Assembly: GCA_017554565.1 (NCBI GenBank)
Contig: JAFZID010000167.1
Span: forward strand, 1 to 55,012
Source of the DNA: a bacterium
GTDB lineage: Bacteria; Auribacterota; UBA3054
Direction of reading: 5' to 3'
DNA: 55,012 bases
The notes under the pieces were generated by a model. The model made no database searches, was not told the origin of the DNA, and saw only the letters and a list, made by a program, of their open reading frames with translations. The position numbers and the translations under genes were made by a program. The first letter of the stretch is position 1. Each line of letters begins with the position of its first letter. Shown in pieces: positions 1 through 9,475 of this stretch.

Positions 1-1
1 C

Positions 2-244
2 CTTCTGACCAGGGACGACCTGAGGCTTATGCTCACCGCCTTCCGCATCAGCAGAAAAACGCTTATCATAATCAAGGAAAATCTTTTCTGGGCCTTCGTC
101 TTCAACGCCGTCACCATTCCTTTGGCCGCCGGCCTTTTCACCGTTTTCGGCCTTCCCGGCATGCGGCCGGAAGTGGGCGCAGCGGCCATGGCCGTAAGCT
201 CCCTTCTGGTGGTCGGCAATTCATTGCGCCTCAGAAAAGCCTGA
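2..244 (+). CDS. C-terminal fragment of a heavy-metal-translocating P-type (P1B) ATPase; the 5' end lies outside the window
   Basis: The frame is open from the window edge. The tail KENLFWAFVFNAVTIPLAAGLF...AAMAVSSLLVVGNSLRLRKA matches the last TM helices of CopA/ZntA-type pumps. Confidence 0.75.
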   Translation, partial: LLTRDDLRLMLTAFRISRKTLIIIKENLFWAFVFNAVTIPLAAGLFTVFGLPGMRPEVGAAAMAVSSLLVVGNSLRLRKA

Positions 245-405
245 GCTAAAAATCCTGCGGCGGTCCGAAAACTTGGCGCAACCTCCCTTTGCAATTGACT
301 TTTCGGCGGGACAAGTGCTACAATATCCGAAAATTTTTAGGGGTATAAACACCCTTTCGTTTTTTCTTTTTAACCCCCCGGCCGCTGGCTATAAGGAGCA
401 AATGA

Positions 406-1314
406 GTGCGATCCCTGACAGTCCAGACTTACCAAGCCCAACTCAAGCGCGTCACTTGGCTGGGGGTTTTCTGCAACGTTTTACTAGCGTCGCTTAAGAC
501 CGTCCTCGGCTTCCTGGGGCAGAGCCACGCCCTTCTGGCGGACGGCATCCACAGTTTCTCCGACCTGGTGACGGATCTGGCTATTCTTTGCGGAGCGCTC
601 TTCTGGAACGAGCCGCCGGACGAAGCCCATCCCTACGGCCATTCGAAGCTGGAGGCCCTCATAACCTTCCTAATAGGCGGCGTGCTTTTCGCGGTAGCGG
701 TGCGCATACTTTTGTCCTCCATCGACGCCGTCAGGGAGCCCTCCCTGGTGTTCTCCTGGCCTATGGCCATCGTAGCCTTCGCCTCCGCCTGCATCAAAGA
801 AGCGCTGTACCATTTGACCTACCGCACCGGCGAAAGGATCAACTCCCCCGCCCTCAAGGCCAACGCCTGGCACCAGCGTTCCGACGCCCTGAGTTCGCTG
901 CCCGTCCTCATAGTCCTTCTGGTGGTGAGATTCCGCCCGGACTGGCAGTTCCTGGACGGACTGGGCGGCATTCTGGTCTCCATCATGATCTTCCACGCCG
1001 CCTGGGAGGTCATCAAGCCCTCCTTCGACGCTTTGATCGACCGGGGGCTTACCAACGACAAACTTTTGGAAATAAAGCAAACGGCGCTTTCCATAAAAGG
1101 CGTCCTCGCAGTGCATGCCCTGCGCTCAAGGGTCAACGGCGCCACCGTTTTCCTCGACATGCACATATTGGTTGACAAAGACATGACAGTGTACGAAGGT
1201 CACAGGCTGGCTCACGAGGTGCGCGATCGCATCGTCGAAAAATGCAAGGTCAGCGACGTCCTGGTGCACGTGGAACCCTTCACTGAAGAAGAAGAGGAGG
1301 AAAAAATATGCTGA
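406..1314 (+). CDS. Cation diffusion facilitator (CDF) family divalent-metal efflux transporter
   Basis: A GTG start lies 7 nt after AAGGAG (393-398). The protein is 302 aa with TM metal-site motifs HALLADGIHSFSDLVTD and AWHQRSDALSS, and a C-terminal cytoplasmic domain (VHALRSR...FLDMHILVD...EGHRLAHEV) typical of FieF/CzcD-like proteins. Confidence 0.9.
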   Translation: MRSLTVQTYQAQLKRVTWLGVFCNVLLASLKTVLGFLGQSHALLADGIHSFSDLVTDLAILCGALFWNEPPDEAHPYGHSKLEALITFLIGGVLFAVAVRILLSSIDAVREPSLVFSWPMAIVAFASACIKEALYHLTYRTGERINSPALKANAWHQRSDALSSLPVLIVLLVVRFRPDWQFLDGLGGILVSIMIFHAAWEVIKPSFDALIDRGLTNDKLLEIKQTALSIKGVLAVHALRSRVNGATVFLDMHILVDKDMTVYEGHRLAHEVRDRIVEKCKVSDVLVHVEPFTEEEEEEKIC

Positions 1315-2255
1315 AGATCTACAAGAACGAGAACGGCGCTTTGACCGAAGTCCCCAAGATCGAGCCTCACACCTGGATAGACGCCAGCAACCCTACTCCC
1401 GAAGAACTGCACAACCTGGCGAAGTATTTCAAGCTGCCGGTTGAAACGATAACCGACCCTCTGGACGTGGACGAAAGAGCCCGCTGCGAAACGGACGAAG
1501 ATTACAACATGATCATCTACCGCATCCCGACCTACGAAGAGAACGAGGCCAAGGGCTACCGCCAGTATTTCACCGTGCCCCTGGGCATCATTCTGGTCCA
1601 GGACTGCATGATCACCATTTGCAGAAGGGACACCAACATCATCCACAATCTTTTCAAGCAGAAAAACCGGCACCTTTACGTAAAGCACTTCCCCTATCTT
1701 ATCCTCCAGATCTTCTGGCAGACCTCCCTGACCTACCTCTCCGATCTGAAGGATATCAACACCAACACCTCCATCGTCCAGAAGAAGCTGGAGAGCTCCA
1801 TGAGCAACAAGCACCTCTTCGGCATGATGCAGCAGGAGAAGACGCTGGTTTACTTCACGACCTCTTTGAGATCCAACGACTTCATGCTGGACCGCCTGAG
1901 AAGGATGGCCTTCTTCAGGAAGAGCCTGACGGAAGAAGAGGAGGATCTCCTGGACGACGTCGTCGTGGAGAACAGGCAGGCCCTGGAGACCGCGAAAATA
2001 TACAACGACATTCTTACCGGCATGATGGACGCCTTCGCCTCCGTCATCAACAACAACGTCAACCAGATCCTGAAAAGGTTCGCCTCTATCTCAATCGTCT
2101 TCGCCTGGGCGACGCTTATCTTCTCCCTTTACGGCATGAACTCCACGGATCTTCCGGTGGCCAAGATGAGCTACGGTTTCCACTACATCATCGGCTTCAC
2201 CGTCATCACCTGCGTCATCATGCTGATTCTTTTCTGGCGCAAGAAGCTGCTTTAA
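1308..2255 (+). CDS. corA: CorA-family magnesium/cobalt transporter
   Basis: The ATG is preceded by GAGGAGG and overlaps the CDF stop by 7 nt. The protein is 315 aa with the signature YGMN motif (LYGMNSTDLP) between two C-terminal TM helices, and ends in a basic tail (WRKKLL). Confidence 0.9.
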   Translation: MLKIYKNENGALTEVPKIEPHTWIDASNPTPEELHNLAKYFKLPVETITDPLDVDERARCETDEDYNMIIYRIPTYEENEAKGYRQYFTVPLGIILVQDCMITICRRDTNIIHNLFKQKNRHLYVKHFPYLILQIFWQTSLTYLSDLKDINTNTSIVQKKLESSMSNKHLFGMMQQEKTLVYFTTSLRSNDFMLDRLRRMAFFRKSLTEEEEDLLDDVVVENRQALETAKIYNDILTGMMDAFASVINNNVNQILKRFASISIVFAWATLIFSLYGMNSTDLPVAKMSYGFHYIIGFTVITCVIMLILFWRKKLL

Positions 2256-2273
2256 GCTAAAACCAAAAGCCAT

Positions 2274-2301
2274 AAAGCCCGCCTTCCGGCGGGCTTTTTT
2301 T
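2274..2301 (+). terminator. Rho-independent terminator after corA
   Basis: The stem AAAGCCCGCC / GGCGGGCTTT has a TTCC loop and is followed by a T-run. Confidence 0.7.
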
Positions 2302-2337
2302 GCTAAAATTGGAGAAGCCAACCATCACGGGGGAATT

Positions 2338-3591
2338 ATGAAGTACTGGCTTATTCTTGTTATCGGCGCGGCTATGGGCGCTGCCCTGGCCTTGCATTTC
2401 ATGTCAGCGAAAAACAGAAGACGATCGCACGTAAACGAAATTTCCGACCGCGCCTGCTGCGAAAGAAGGCAGCCCTGGAAATGCCTTCCCGAACGCCAAC
2501 CCAAAGGCGAACAGGAAGAAAACATCAAATGCTACATGGAGGACCCCAAGACGAGCGATTGGCAGCCGCCCAACTTCAATTACGACCATCAGGTCGCCGT
2601 CATGCCCGTAAAGGCGAAAGTCATCGTCCTCATCTACAATCCAACGCTTAAGAGTGAAGGCAAAACATTAATCGAATACCTGAAGGCCAACGACCCGAGG
2701 AAATTCTCCCAGTTCCTCTGCGACGTCATAAGGGATTCCAGCGACGGTTATGTCAACTATGAGATCGTGGACATAATCGAACACGACCAATTCAACAAGA
2801 AGATAGACGGCTTCACCTACACCGAGGAAACATTCCTGGACGCCAGGAAAAACAACTCCTGGCATCAGCCTGACCGCTCCGACTACCGCACGATCTTCGA
2901 GGAGAACGATCTCATCCGCCGCTGCAAAGAGGAAGGCATAACGGAAGTCTGGATCTGGGGCGCCGGCGGCTTCGGCTACGACGAATTGGCCATGTACATC
3001 CCCAACCGCTACGCCCGCTTCGCTCCCACTCTGAATCCCTGGTTTTACCGTCCCTACGAGATCCCCGAGGAAATCGGCCACACCGTCTGGGTGATGGGCT
3101 TCAACTACGAATGCGGCCCCGACAACATGATCCACAGCTACGGACACAGAGTGGAAAGCATAATGTCTTTAGTCTTCGCAAGAGGAACTTGGGAAACGGA
3201 GCTCTACGGCAAAGATCCTTGGAACACTTTCTCCGCCATCCCCGAAGGCAACAAGAATCCTGTTCCCGCCAACATCGGCAACGTCCACGTTCCGCCCAAC
3301 GGCGACCACGGCTACGATTACGCGAACACCAACCGGGTACTATCCTTCGTCAACGCCTGGCACTCCTACCCCGACCTCTCCAAAGGCAGAGCCCGCTTGA
3401 TCGGCAAAGAAGAATGGGAAGGCGACCAACTGGGCTACCAGCAGTGGTGGCTCCGTCAGCTTCCCAAAAAGCCCGGCTACACCAAGTGGGGCTACAACAA
3501 CTGGTGGGTCTATATCGCCAACACGGACGAAGACCTCCCCTTCTACTACCCCATACAGCCCGAGGAATTCAAGCCCCCGAAAGAACAGTAA
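2338..3591 (+). CDS. Membrane-anchored hypothetical protein (417 aa) with no recognised domain
   Basis: The ATG follows GGGGGAA. An N-terminal hydrophobic helix (YWLILVIGAAMGAALALHF) is present. GC is backbone-like and a terminator follows. I recognise no catalytic motif. Confidence 0.7.
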   Translation: MKYWLILVIGAAMGAALALHFMSAKNRRRSHVNEISDRACCERRQPWKCLPERQPKGEQEENIKCYMEDPKTSDWQPPNFNYDHQVAVMPVKAKVIVLIYNPTLKSEGKTLIEYLKANDPRKFSQFLCDVIRDSSDGYVNYEIVDIIEHDQFNKKIDGFTYTEETFLDARKNNSWHQPDRSDYRTIFEENDLIRRCKEEGITEVWIWGAGGFGYDELAMYIPNRYARFAPTLNPWFYRPYEIPEEIGHTVWVMGFNYECGPDNMIHSYGHRVESIMSLVFARGTWETELYGKDPWNTFSAIPEGNKNPVPANIGNVHVPPNGDHGYDYANTNRVLSFVNAWHSYPDLSKGRARLIGKEEWEGDQLGYQQWWLRQLPKKPGYTKWGYNNWWVYIANTDEDLPFYYPIQPEEFKPPKEQ

Positions 3592-3615
3592 AAAAGATAC
3601 AGATACGAAAACAAA

Positions 3616-3645
3616 AGCGGAGCGAATGCTCCGCTTTCATTTTTT
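3616..3645 (+). terminator. Rho-independent terminator at the backbone / island A boundary
   Basis: The stem AGCGGAGC / GCTCCGCT has a GAAT loop and is followed by TTCATTTTTT. Confidence 0.7.
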
Positions 3646-3690
3646 GATAAAATTGAAATAAGTTAGCATATTGACCGGTATACAACGTAT

Positions 3691-5802
3691 ATGTTTTCCC
3701 TTGGCAAACCACTATTTTTTTTATTTGCATTGCTCTTTTGTGTTCTAATAACGCAAGAGAGTATGGCCGAACAGCCAAATCCAGAACCTTCGGTCATGAC
3801 AAATAGCACAATAATGTGTTTTTCTCCCAATAAGCTCACCAACAGCATAAACGAAAAAATATTTTTCCCTGAGTCATATGAAATAGAAGTTGATTTACGC
3901 GATGTCCCGGATTGGCTGAATTATGTTTCCAAAACAACTAACGATTATAAGATAATAAACATATTTGTTAAGCCTTATTACCGCAATTTTGCCGACCTTA
4001 AAGCTCAGATGTTAAAAACTTGCTTGGCAAAGAGAGAAAACGGTGAGGTTGGCAAATATGATGTCCCTGGAGAAAGCGGACCTCCTGCCGATCTTTATGA
4101 ATTTATTAATTGCGAATGGGACCCCGGAAGCGATTCAACATATACGGTTGGCGAAATTAATAAATTCGCTTATTTGGAAAACACGATTCCTCCCGACAAC
4201 GGAAATAAAACATATATGCTTTTTCAAACAGTTGCAACAAATAACGTTCCTGATGTGGATTATTATCTCTTATACCCAAGAAGCAGAAATTACAATGTCT
4301 GGGTGAAAAACCAATCAAATCTTAACAACAGTTTAAAGGTGAGCATAATCCAAAGTAACGAAGTTAAGAAAACAAAAATAGTGGACAAAAGCAGCAATTT
4401 TGTTCTGTCATTGTCTTGTTCAAATCTTAATGAAAAAATAGAAAGCTATGTAAAAGTTGAACATCCGGATGGAACGCTTATCACAAACAAGCAATATTCG
4501 CTATATGCCAAAAGTTATTACGAGGTGAAAGAAGGAAAAGAATGGAACAAATCAAAAGCGAGCGCATATTTTTCCAATGGATGTCAACAAGTTATATATA
4601 CATTTAAACCATTGAATAAAAATACAGTTTTCGAAGTAAGCTCGGATGTAGAAGATGATGCTTTATGGAACAATTTGGATGTTTGTTTTTTCGACAAAAA
4701 TTATCAACAACTTTATATAAATAATAACAATATTTTTAACGGGAGGATTAAAAATCATTTTTCCATTGAAACAAACACTAACGGTTTTTTTAAGCGTTTT
4801 AACTTCACTAATCTTCAAGCATCAAACACATATTATTGCGTTGTAAAATCAAATTCAAATTTCGATGCTTTCTCAATGTGCATCTATGCTAGAGTTAGTA
4901 GAATAAAGCCTGTCTTTTTAGTACATGGCATAGATTCATCGCCAAAATCTCAAAACGATCCTGGAACAGCTTTTGATGAACTTAGAGAATCTTATCCCTA
5001 TTTTGATATAAGGCCGTTCAAGAGTTATGATTTTATATGGGATTCGGCAGCAAGCGGAAGCATTTTAGATAATTATGTGGGAAATGTGTTTGGTTCGTTT
5101 ATAAGTGACAATCGAAAATCCGATGATTTGAAAGGCACAATAGTAGCACATTCTATGGGATGCCTTTTAACTTATTATCAATGCAAAATGGAAAATACAC
5201 AGTTTAAACAAAATATCGACAATATCGTTTTAGCTGCTCCGCCTTTTTTTGGATCGGCAACAGCTAACGCCGCTTACCTTTTGAACCCAATCTCACCCAT
5301 AATCAAAAAGACATCAAGTAAGAATCTTGAATTGTTATCCCGCGGAACAGCCTCCAATTGGGACAGACATAAATATCCTTTTGCGTTTAATCACAAAAAT
5401 ATATCTGTGCTAATTGGAACCGATAAACACGCCACCATATACGATGCAGCCGTTTCAACTTTTGATTCTGCTGGTAAGCTTACAGATTTGAACGCTCTTA
5501 CTGATATGCAAGTTGTATTTGACGCAACAACAGATTTCTTTTTTGATTTTTTTGAATCTGCATTGGAAGTTACCGTTGACTCAATGTCAAGAATGTCATT
5601 TATGATAAATCCTATAAAAACTAGCGAGGTTTACTATCTGAATCGCAGCGACGGAGTCGTCGGAACATATTCCGCCCATTTTAATGATAACATTGACGCA
5701 GAGGAAATCAATCAAATACACAGTTATGTACAAAAATTTAATTCAAGAAATAACATTTTTGTCAACAAGGTCAAAAACAGAATAAATAACTTAGGAGATT
5801 AA
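3691..5802 (+). CDS. Secreted protein with a C-terminal lipase-like alpha/beta hydrolase domain
   Basis: There is a signal-like N-terminus (LFFLFALLFCVLITQESMA). The C-terminal half has PVFLVHGIDSS (oxyanion-region-like) and the nucleophile elbow VAHSMGC (GxSxG). The N-terminal 400 aa are unassigned. Confidence 0.7.
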   Translation: MFSLGKPLFFLFALLFCVLITQESMAEQPNPEPSVMTNSTIMCFSPNKLTNSINEKIFFPESYEIEVDLRDVPDWLNYVSKTTNDYKIINIFVKPYYRNFADLKAQMLKTCLAKRENGEVGKYDVPGESGPPADLYEFINCEWDPGSDSTYTVGEINKFAYLENTIPPDNGNKTYMLFQTVATNNVPDVDYYLLYPRSRNYNVWVKNQSNLNNSLKVSIIQSNEVKKTKIVDKSSNFVLSLSCSNLNEKIESYVKVEHPDGTLITNKQYSLYAKSYYEVKEGKEWNKSKASAYFSNGCQQVIYTFKPLNKNTVFEVSSDVEDDALWNNLDVCFFDKNYQQLYINNNNIFNGRIKNHFSIETNTNGFFKRFNFTNLQASNTYYCVVKSNSNFDAFSMCIYARVSRIKPVFLVHGIDSSPKSQNDPGTAFDELRESYPYFDIRPFKSYDFIWDSAASGSILDNYVGNVFGSFISDNRKSDDLKGTIVAHSMGCLLTYYQCKMENTQFKQNIDNIVLAAPPFFGSATANAAYLLNPISPIIKKTSSKNLELLSRGTASNWDRHKYPFAFNHKNISVLIGTDKHATIYDAAVSTFDSAGKLTDLNALTDMQVVFDATTDFFFDFFESALEVTVDSMSRMSFMINPIKTSEVYYLNRSDGVVGTYSAHFNDNIDAEEINQIHSYVQKFNSRNNIFVNKVKNRINNLGD

Positions 5803-5804
5803 AT

Positions 5805-7649
5805 ATGAAAAACCAAATTAAATCTTTATTTTTTATCGTTTTTATGACATTTCCTGTCACTGCGGTTGATATTGATTTTTCTTCAGGAGGATACAATGTA
5901 AAAAAAGAAGAAATCAAAGACAAGATAAAATACGAAAAAAGAACTTCTGATGAAATAGAAACCGAACGCCAAAAAATCAAAGAAGAAAAAAATAAAGCCG
6001 AGGCGGAAAAGATAATAGAAAAGCAGCCGTGGCGCAAAATATTATTTGAAAACAAAAAGGTAGTTAACGGAGATTATGTCAACGAGACTTCAAATTCCGT
6101 TGTTATTGCCGTTTTAGATAGAGAAAGGATGAAAAAAGATGGCGTTAAAAATTCGGAAGCAAATAGAAAAAACTATTGCCTTAATTTATTGCTTCTTCCT
6201 GGTGACAAATACCATGTTGCGAATAGCGAAAGCAATGGTTTTAGACTGGCAACATATGAATGGGCTCATAAAAAGAGAGAGCAACTAATAAAAGAACATG
6301 AATTAAATTATATAATGAATTTTGATAAAGACAAGGACGGGTTATCTTTTTATGAAGAATTATGCGGGACAAATATATTGTTAAAATTAGAGGAAGGCGA
6401 TAAAGAGATATGGGCAATAACCGACATTAACACTAAAGACACTGATCGAGATGGTCTTTCAGATTTTGAAGAAATAAAAGGAATCAAGGGATTTGTGACA
6501 GATCCTCTGGATCCGGACACAGATAAAGATGGAATCCCAGACGGCGTTGATCGCAACCCTTTGATCAAATGCAAATCTAGCGATCCAAGCTTAATGCCGC
6601 AAGAATGGATTGAATACCTGAGTAAAGGTGATCCTGAAAAAGCGAATTTATTGAGATTAGCCAAAGGCGATCCCGACGGCGACGGAATTACCAATGAACA
6701 AGAAATGATTTTTTCAACTGATCCTCTCGAAGCGGAGCAAGAAAAAGCAATAGTCTATCCAAAGCAGCTTTTGCTCAGATACAACGGAAAAGGTGCTTAT
6801 AACTGTATAATCAATGTGTATTTCAATCGTGACGAACCGGCTAATTGTCTATTATGGACGGATAGCGACGGATTTGGCAATAGAATGAACATAGAGAATC
6901 TTAAAATTAAACATTTGTCTAGTTCTCCATTGGGATGGAAACCGTCCTCTCTTAAAACGATTTTTAGCCAATACAAATTTAAAACCAAATATATGGCGGC
7001 AAAAATTGAACCGAAAACCATACATACATTTAAAATTATTTACGAGCCAAACGATACATCACATCTTTATTATGAACACATTCATGTTTCTCTATGTGAC
7101 CTGGGGACTAACCCTGATGATAGAGACGGGTTCATGTATCCTTTTTTCAAAACTAATGTAAGGATAGATCAGAATTATTTTAATCCCGGTATTTCTTCTA
7201 TCAACAATAAGAATTATTACCCAAAACCGCCTGAATTGCTGTATCCTCCGGATGACTTTATTTACGAGACGTTCACCAACAATTTCTTTGTCTATCAAGA
7301 CATTTCAGAAAAATACAAAAACATGAAATGGCAATGTTCGCTTAAAATATTGCCATCAAGAATTTTGAAACCTAATGACGGAGGCATAGGTTTTAAGAAC
7401 CTCTATTCACTGCCAAATAACAAAAAGGAAGCAATTGCCAAAATCAACGATTTTAACAAGAACACCTGTTTGTGGTTTTTAGCACTTACAGACCCTGTTT
7501 TTAACCATTGCATGGTATATTCTGACATAAGAATAATGTTCAAGAAAGATAAAATTACCGAAGACCATCCTTTGGTTTTCAAAGGAAACACCGAGGAAGA
7601 GATTTTAAAGGAAATCGAAAAACGATATAAAGGGACAGTTATAAAATAA
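5805..7649 (+). CDS. Secreted thrombospondin-type-3-like calcium-binding repeat protein
   Basis: AGGAG RBS and a signal peptide are present. D-x-D-x-D-G repeats include DKDKDGLSFYEE, DTDRDGLSDFEE, DPDTDKDGIPDGVD and DPDGDGITNEQE (nt about 6319-6735). Confidence 0.75.
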   Translation: MKNQIKSLFFIVFMTFPVTAVDIDFSSGGYNVKKEEIKDKIKYEKRTSDEIETERQKIKEEKNKAEAEKIIEKQPWRKILFENKKVVNGDYVNETSNSVVIAVLDRERMKKDGVKNSEANRKNYCLNLLLLPGDKYHVANSESNGFRLATYEWAHKKREQLIKEHELNYIMNFDKDKDGLSFYEELCGTNILLKLEEGDKEIWAITDINTKDTDRDGLSDFEEIKGIKGFVTDPLDPDTDKDGIPDGVDRNPLIKCKSSDPSLMPQEWIEYLSKGDPEKANLLRLAKGDPDGDGITNEQEMIFSTDPLEAEQEKAIVYPKQLLLRYNGKGAYNCIINVYFNRDEPANCLLWTDSDGFGNRMNIENLKIKHLSSSPLGWKPSSLKTIFSQYKFKTKYMAAKIEPKTIHTFKIIYEPNDTSHLYYEHIHVSLCDLGTNPDDRDGFMYPFFKTNVRIDQNYFNPGISSINNKNYYPKPPELLYPPDDFIYETFTNNFFVYQDISEKYKNMKWQCSLKILPSRILKPNDGGIGFKNLYSLPNNKKEAIAKINDFNKNTCLWFLALTDPVFNHCMVYSDIRIMFKKDKITEDHPLVFKGNTEEEILKEIEKRYKGTVIK

Positions 7650-7666
7650 TACTTGGAGTAAATATT

Positions 7667-9475
7667 ATGAAAATAACTGCGAATTCTGTCGCACTATATT
7701 TTTTTATAAGCATTATTCCGTTGCTGGTTGACGGTGAAGCGACGTATCTTAAAAATCACGAACCCAACGAATATTGGACGAAATCTTTTTTTAGTTTGAA
7801 AGAACAAGTTTGCATAATACAGTCCCAGTATGTTTCAATCACATCAAGATTGGCAAAACTCGAATATGATATTCCTTCAAAGTTTCAATGTCTTTCTAAT
7901 TTGTTCCAAACATCCAATTCTAGATTTTATGTCGATAACAACGCGCGTATTTATTATGACACTTACGAGCTAAGTGATTTTGAAAAGCTTTTCGTTTATT
8001 CTGAAGGCGATCGTTATGGCAATCCCGATCCTCCCTCCCCGTATGCAACTTTAGCCCAACTTACAGCCGTCTCAAATCAAGTCGTAGCGTTAAGCGCATC
8101 GTTTTCGACTTTGAGTTCTAATTTAACGAGCCTATCAAATATCGTCAGTTCCATAACATCATCCATATCTAACTCCCAGGGATCATTACAAAATCTAACG
8201 ATTGCCTATAACAGATTGGATGAGATCTGCGACAACTTAACTTCTGTGATTAAAGTTAATACTGATGGCAGCGTGGTTATGTGCAAATCATCTCCAATTA
8301 TTGGGAGGAAAGAACCTACAGGAATTGCTTCTGTTTATTCTCTTGCTCAAAACTGGGACAGATGCTGCAGTAAGTTTAGAGTCTCTACAAATACGTTCCT
8401 TGAGAGCGTTACTCTATATTGCGATGATCCTAGTAAAATGCCGTCGCCGTGGAATGTTTACGTATCAACTGTTGTCCAAGATGAGGTGACAGGAAATTAC
8501 TCGTTTGAATCATGGCATTGCGTAAATGTCAACACTTCCGATTTCCCCCGGTGTGTTTGGACTTTTGTTAATAATAGGAAAATACCTATCCAATATGACA
8601 GAGATTATTTGCTATGTATAAGCAAAAGCAACGGTGCGTTATACCCGTATGTTACATCTCCCTTTAGGCAGGGAAGTTTCTATAAACCTTTTGGAGCGAC
8701 AGAAGAATTACCTCCAGATCCCCCGCCAAATTCTCCAGAACCAGAATTACCGCGCAGCAGTCCCAGCGCTCAGGCTTGGTTTGATTATTTGTTTTATTAT
8801 GATTGGGAGGAAAGCATTTTTTATCCCAAAGAACTTTGGTCTATCTTGAAATTTACCGATGATGAGAGTTTTACTTTTAACGAAAAAGGTCTGACGGTAG
8901 AAAGCGGTAATATTACTATAGCTGGCTCAGAGGTCGTTACCAGCTCAAGCTTAAGTAATATGTTTATTTCTGAGTTTTCCAATAACCCTAATATAACTTG
9001 GGAAATGTTTTGCCAAGAATTGCAAAAAAGACTTATAACAACAGCTGGAGGGTCAATTACAGACTGCCTTGAAGTTACTCAGATGAAATTCAACGCAGAT
9101 TCTGATTGGAAAATTGGCGATACCAATATTTGCAGTGATATCGTGATGCTTCATGAAGATGCGAAAATACGCAGTAATGTTGGTGATCTAAAACTGTCTG
9201 CTCATGAAGGGGATAAAATTAGCGCGGAATCTTTTCTTAGTTTTGAATCGGGCGGGCAAGCAGGTATAGCACTCATTCCTATGGGACAAACAGAAAAATC
9301 TGTTTCATGTTTGGATATAACTGACCAAGCTGTAATAATGCTAACGCCTAGACAGCCTGTAAGCAATATTTGGTGGGGTGTGCAAAGCGTTCCAAGCAAT
9401 TCATGCTTTAAGATTGTCATTGATAAAACATGGCCTGAAAATCTCGGGTTCAATTATATAATAATTCGCAAATGA
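7667..9475 (+). CDS. Secreted hypothetical protein (602 aa) with a Ser/Leu-rich coiled segment
   Basis: GGAG RBS and a signal-like N-terminus are present. A heptad-like Ser-rich stretch reads LAQLTAVSNQVVALSASFSTLSSNLTSLSNIVSSITSSISNS. The gene is coupled to the next one. I recognise no domain. Confidence 0.65.
   Translation: MKITANSVALYFFISIIPLLVDGEATYLKNHEPNEYWTKSFFSLKEQVCIIQSQYVSITSRLAKLEYDIPSKFQCLSNLFQTSNSRFYVDNNARIYYDTYELSDFEKLFVYSEGDRYGNPDPPSPYATLAQLTAVSNQVVALSASFSTLSSNLTSLSNIVSSITSSISNSQGSLQNLTIAYNRLDEICDNLTSVIKVNTDGSVVMCKSSPIIGRKEPTGIASVYSLAQNWDRCCSKFRVSTNTFLESVTLYCDDPSKMPSPWNVYVSTVVQDEVTGNYSFESWHCVNVNTSDFPRCVWTFVNNRKIPIQYDRDYLLCISKSNGALYPYVTSPFRQGSFYKPFGATEELPPDPPPNSPEPELPRSSPSAQAWFDYLFYYDWEESIFYPKELWSILKFTDDESFTFNEKGLTVESGNITIAGSEVVTSSSLSNMFISEFSNNPNITWEMFCQELQKRLITTAGGSITDCLEVTQMKFNADSDWKIGDTNICSDIVMLHEDAKIRSNVGDLKLSAHEGDKISAESFLSFESGGQAGIALIPMGQTEKSVSCLDITDQAVIMLTPRQPVSNIWWGVQSVPSNSCFKIVIDKTWPENLGFNYIIIRK

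Noticed and set aside
273-497. A 74-aa ORF lies upstream of and overlaps the CDF start.
   Set aside because: It overlaps the well-supported CDF frame and has no RBS. The AAGGAG at 393-398 is spaced correctly for the GTG at 406, not for this frame.
588-1814. Several ORFs of 120-200 aa (588-1175 +, 670-1116 -, 819-1184 -, 1212-1814 -) lie inside the CDF and CorA genes.
   Set aside because: These are alternative or antisense frames in high-GC DNA. They have no motifs, and the annotated frames carry clear family signatures.
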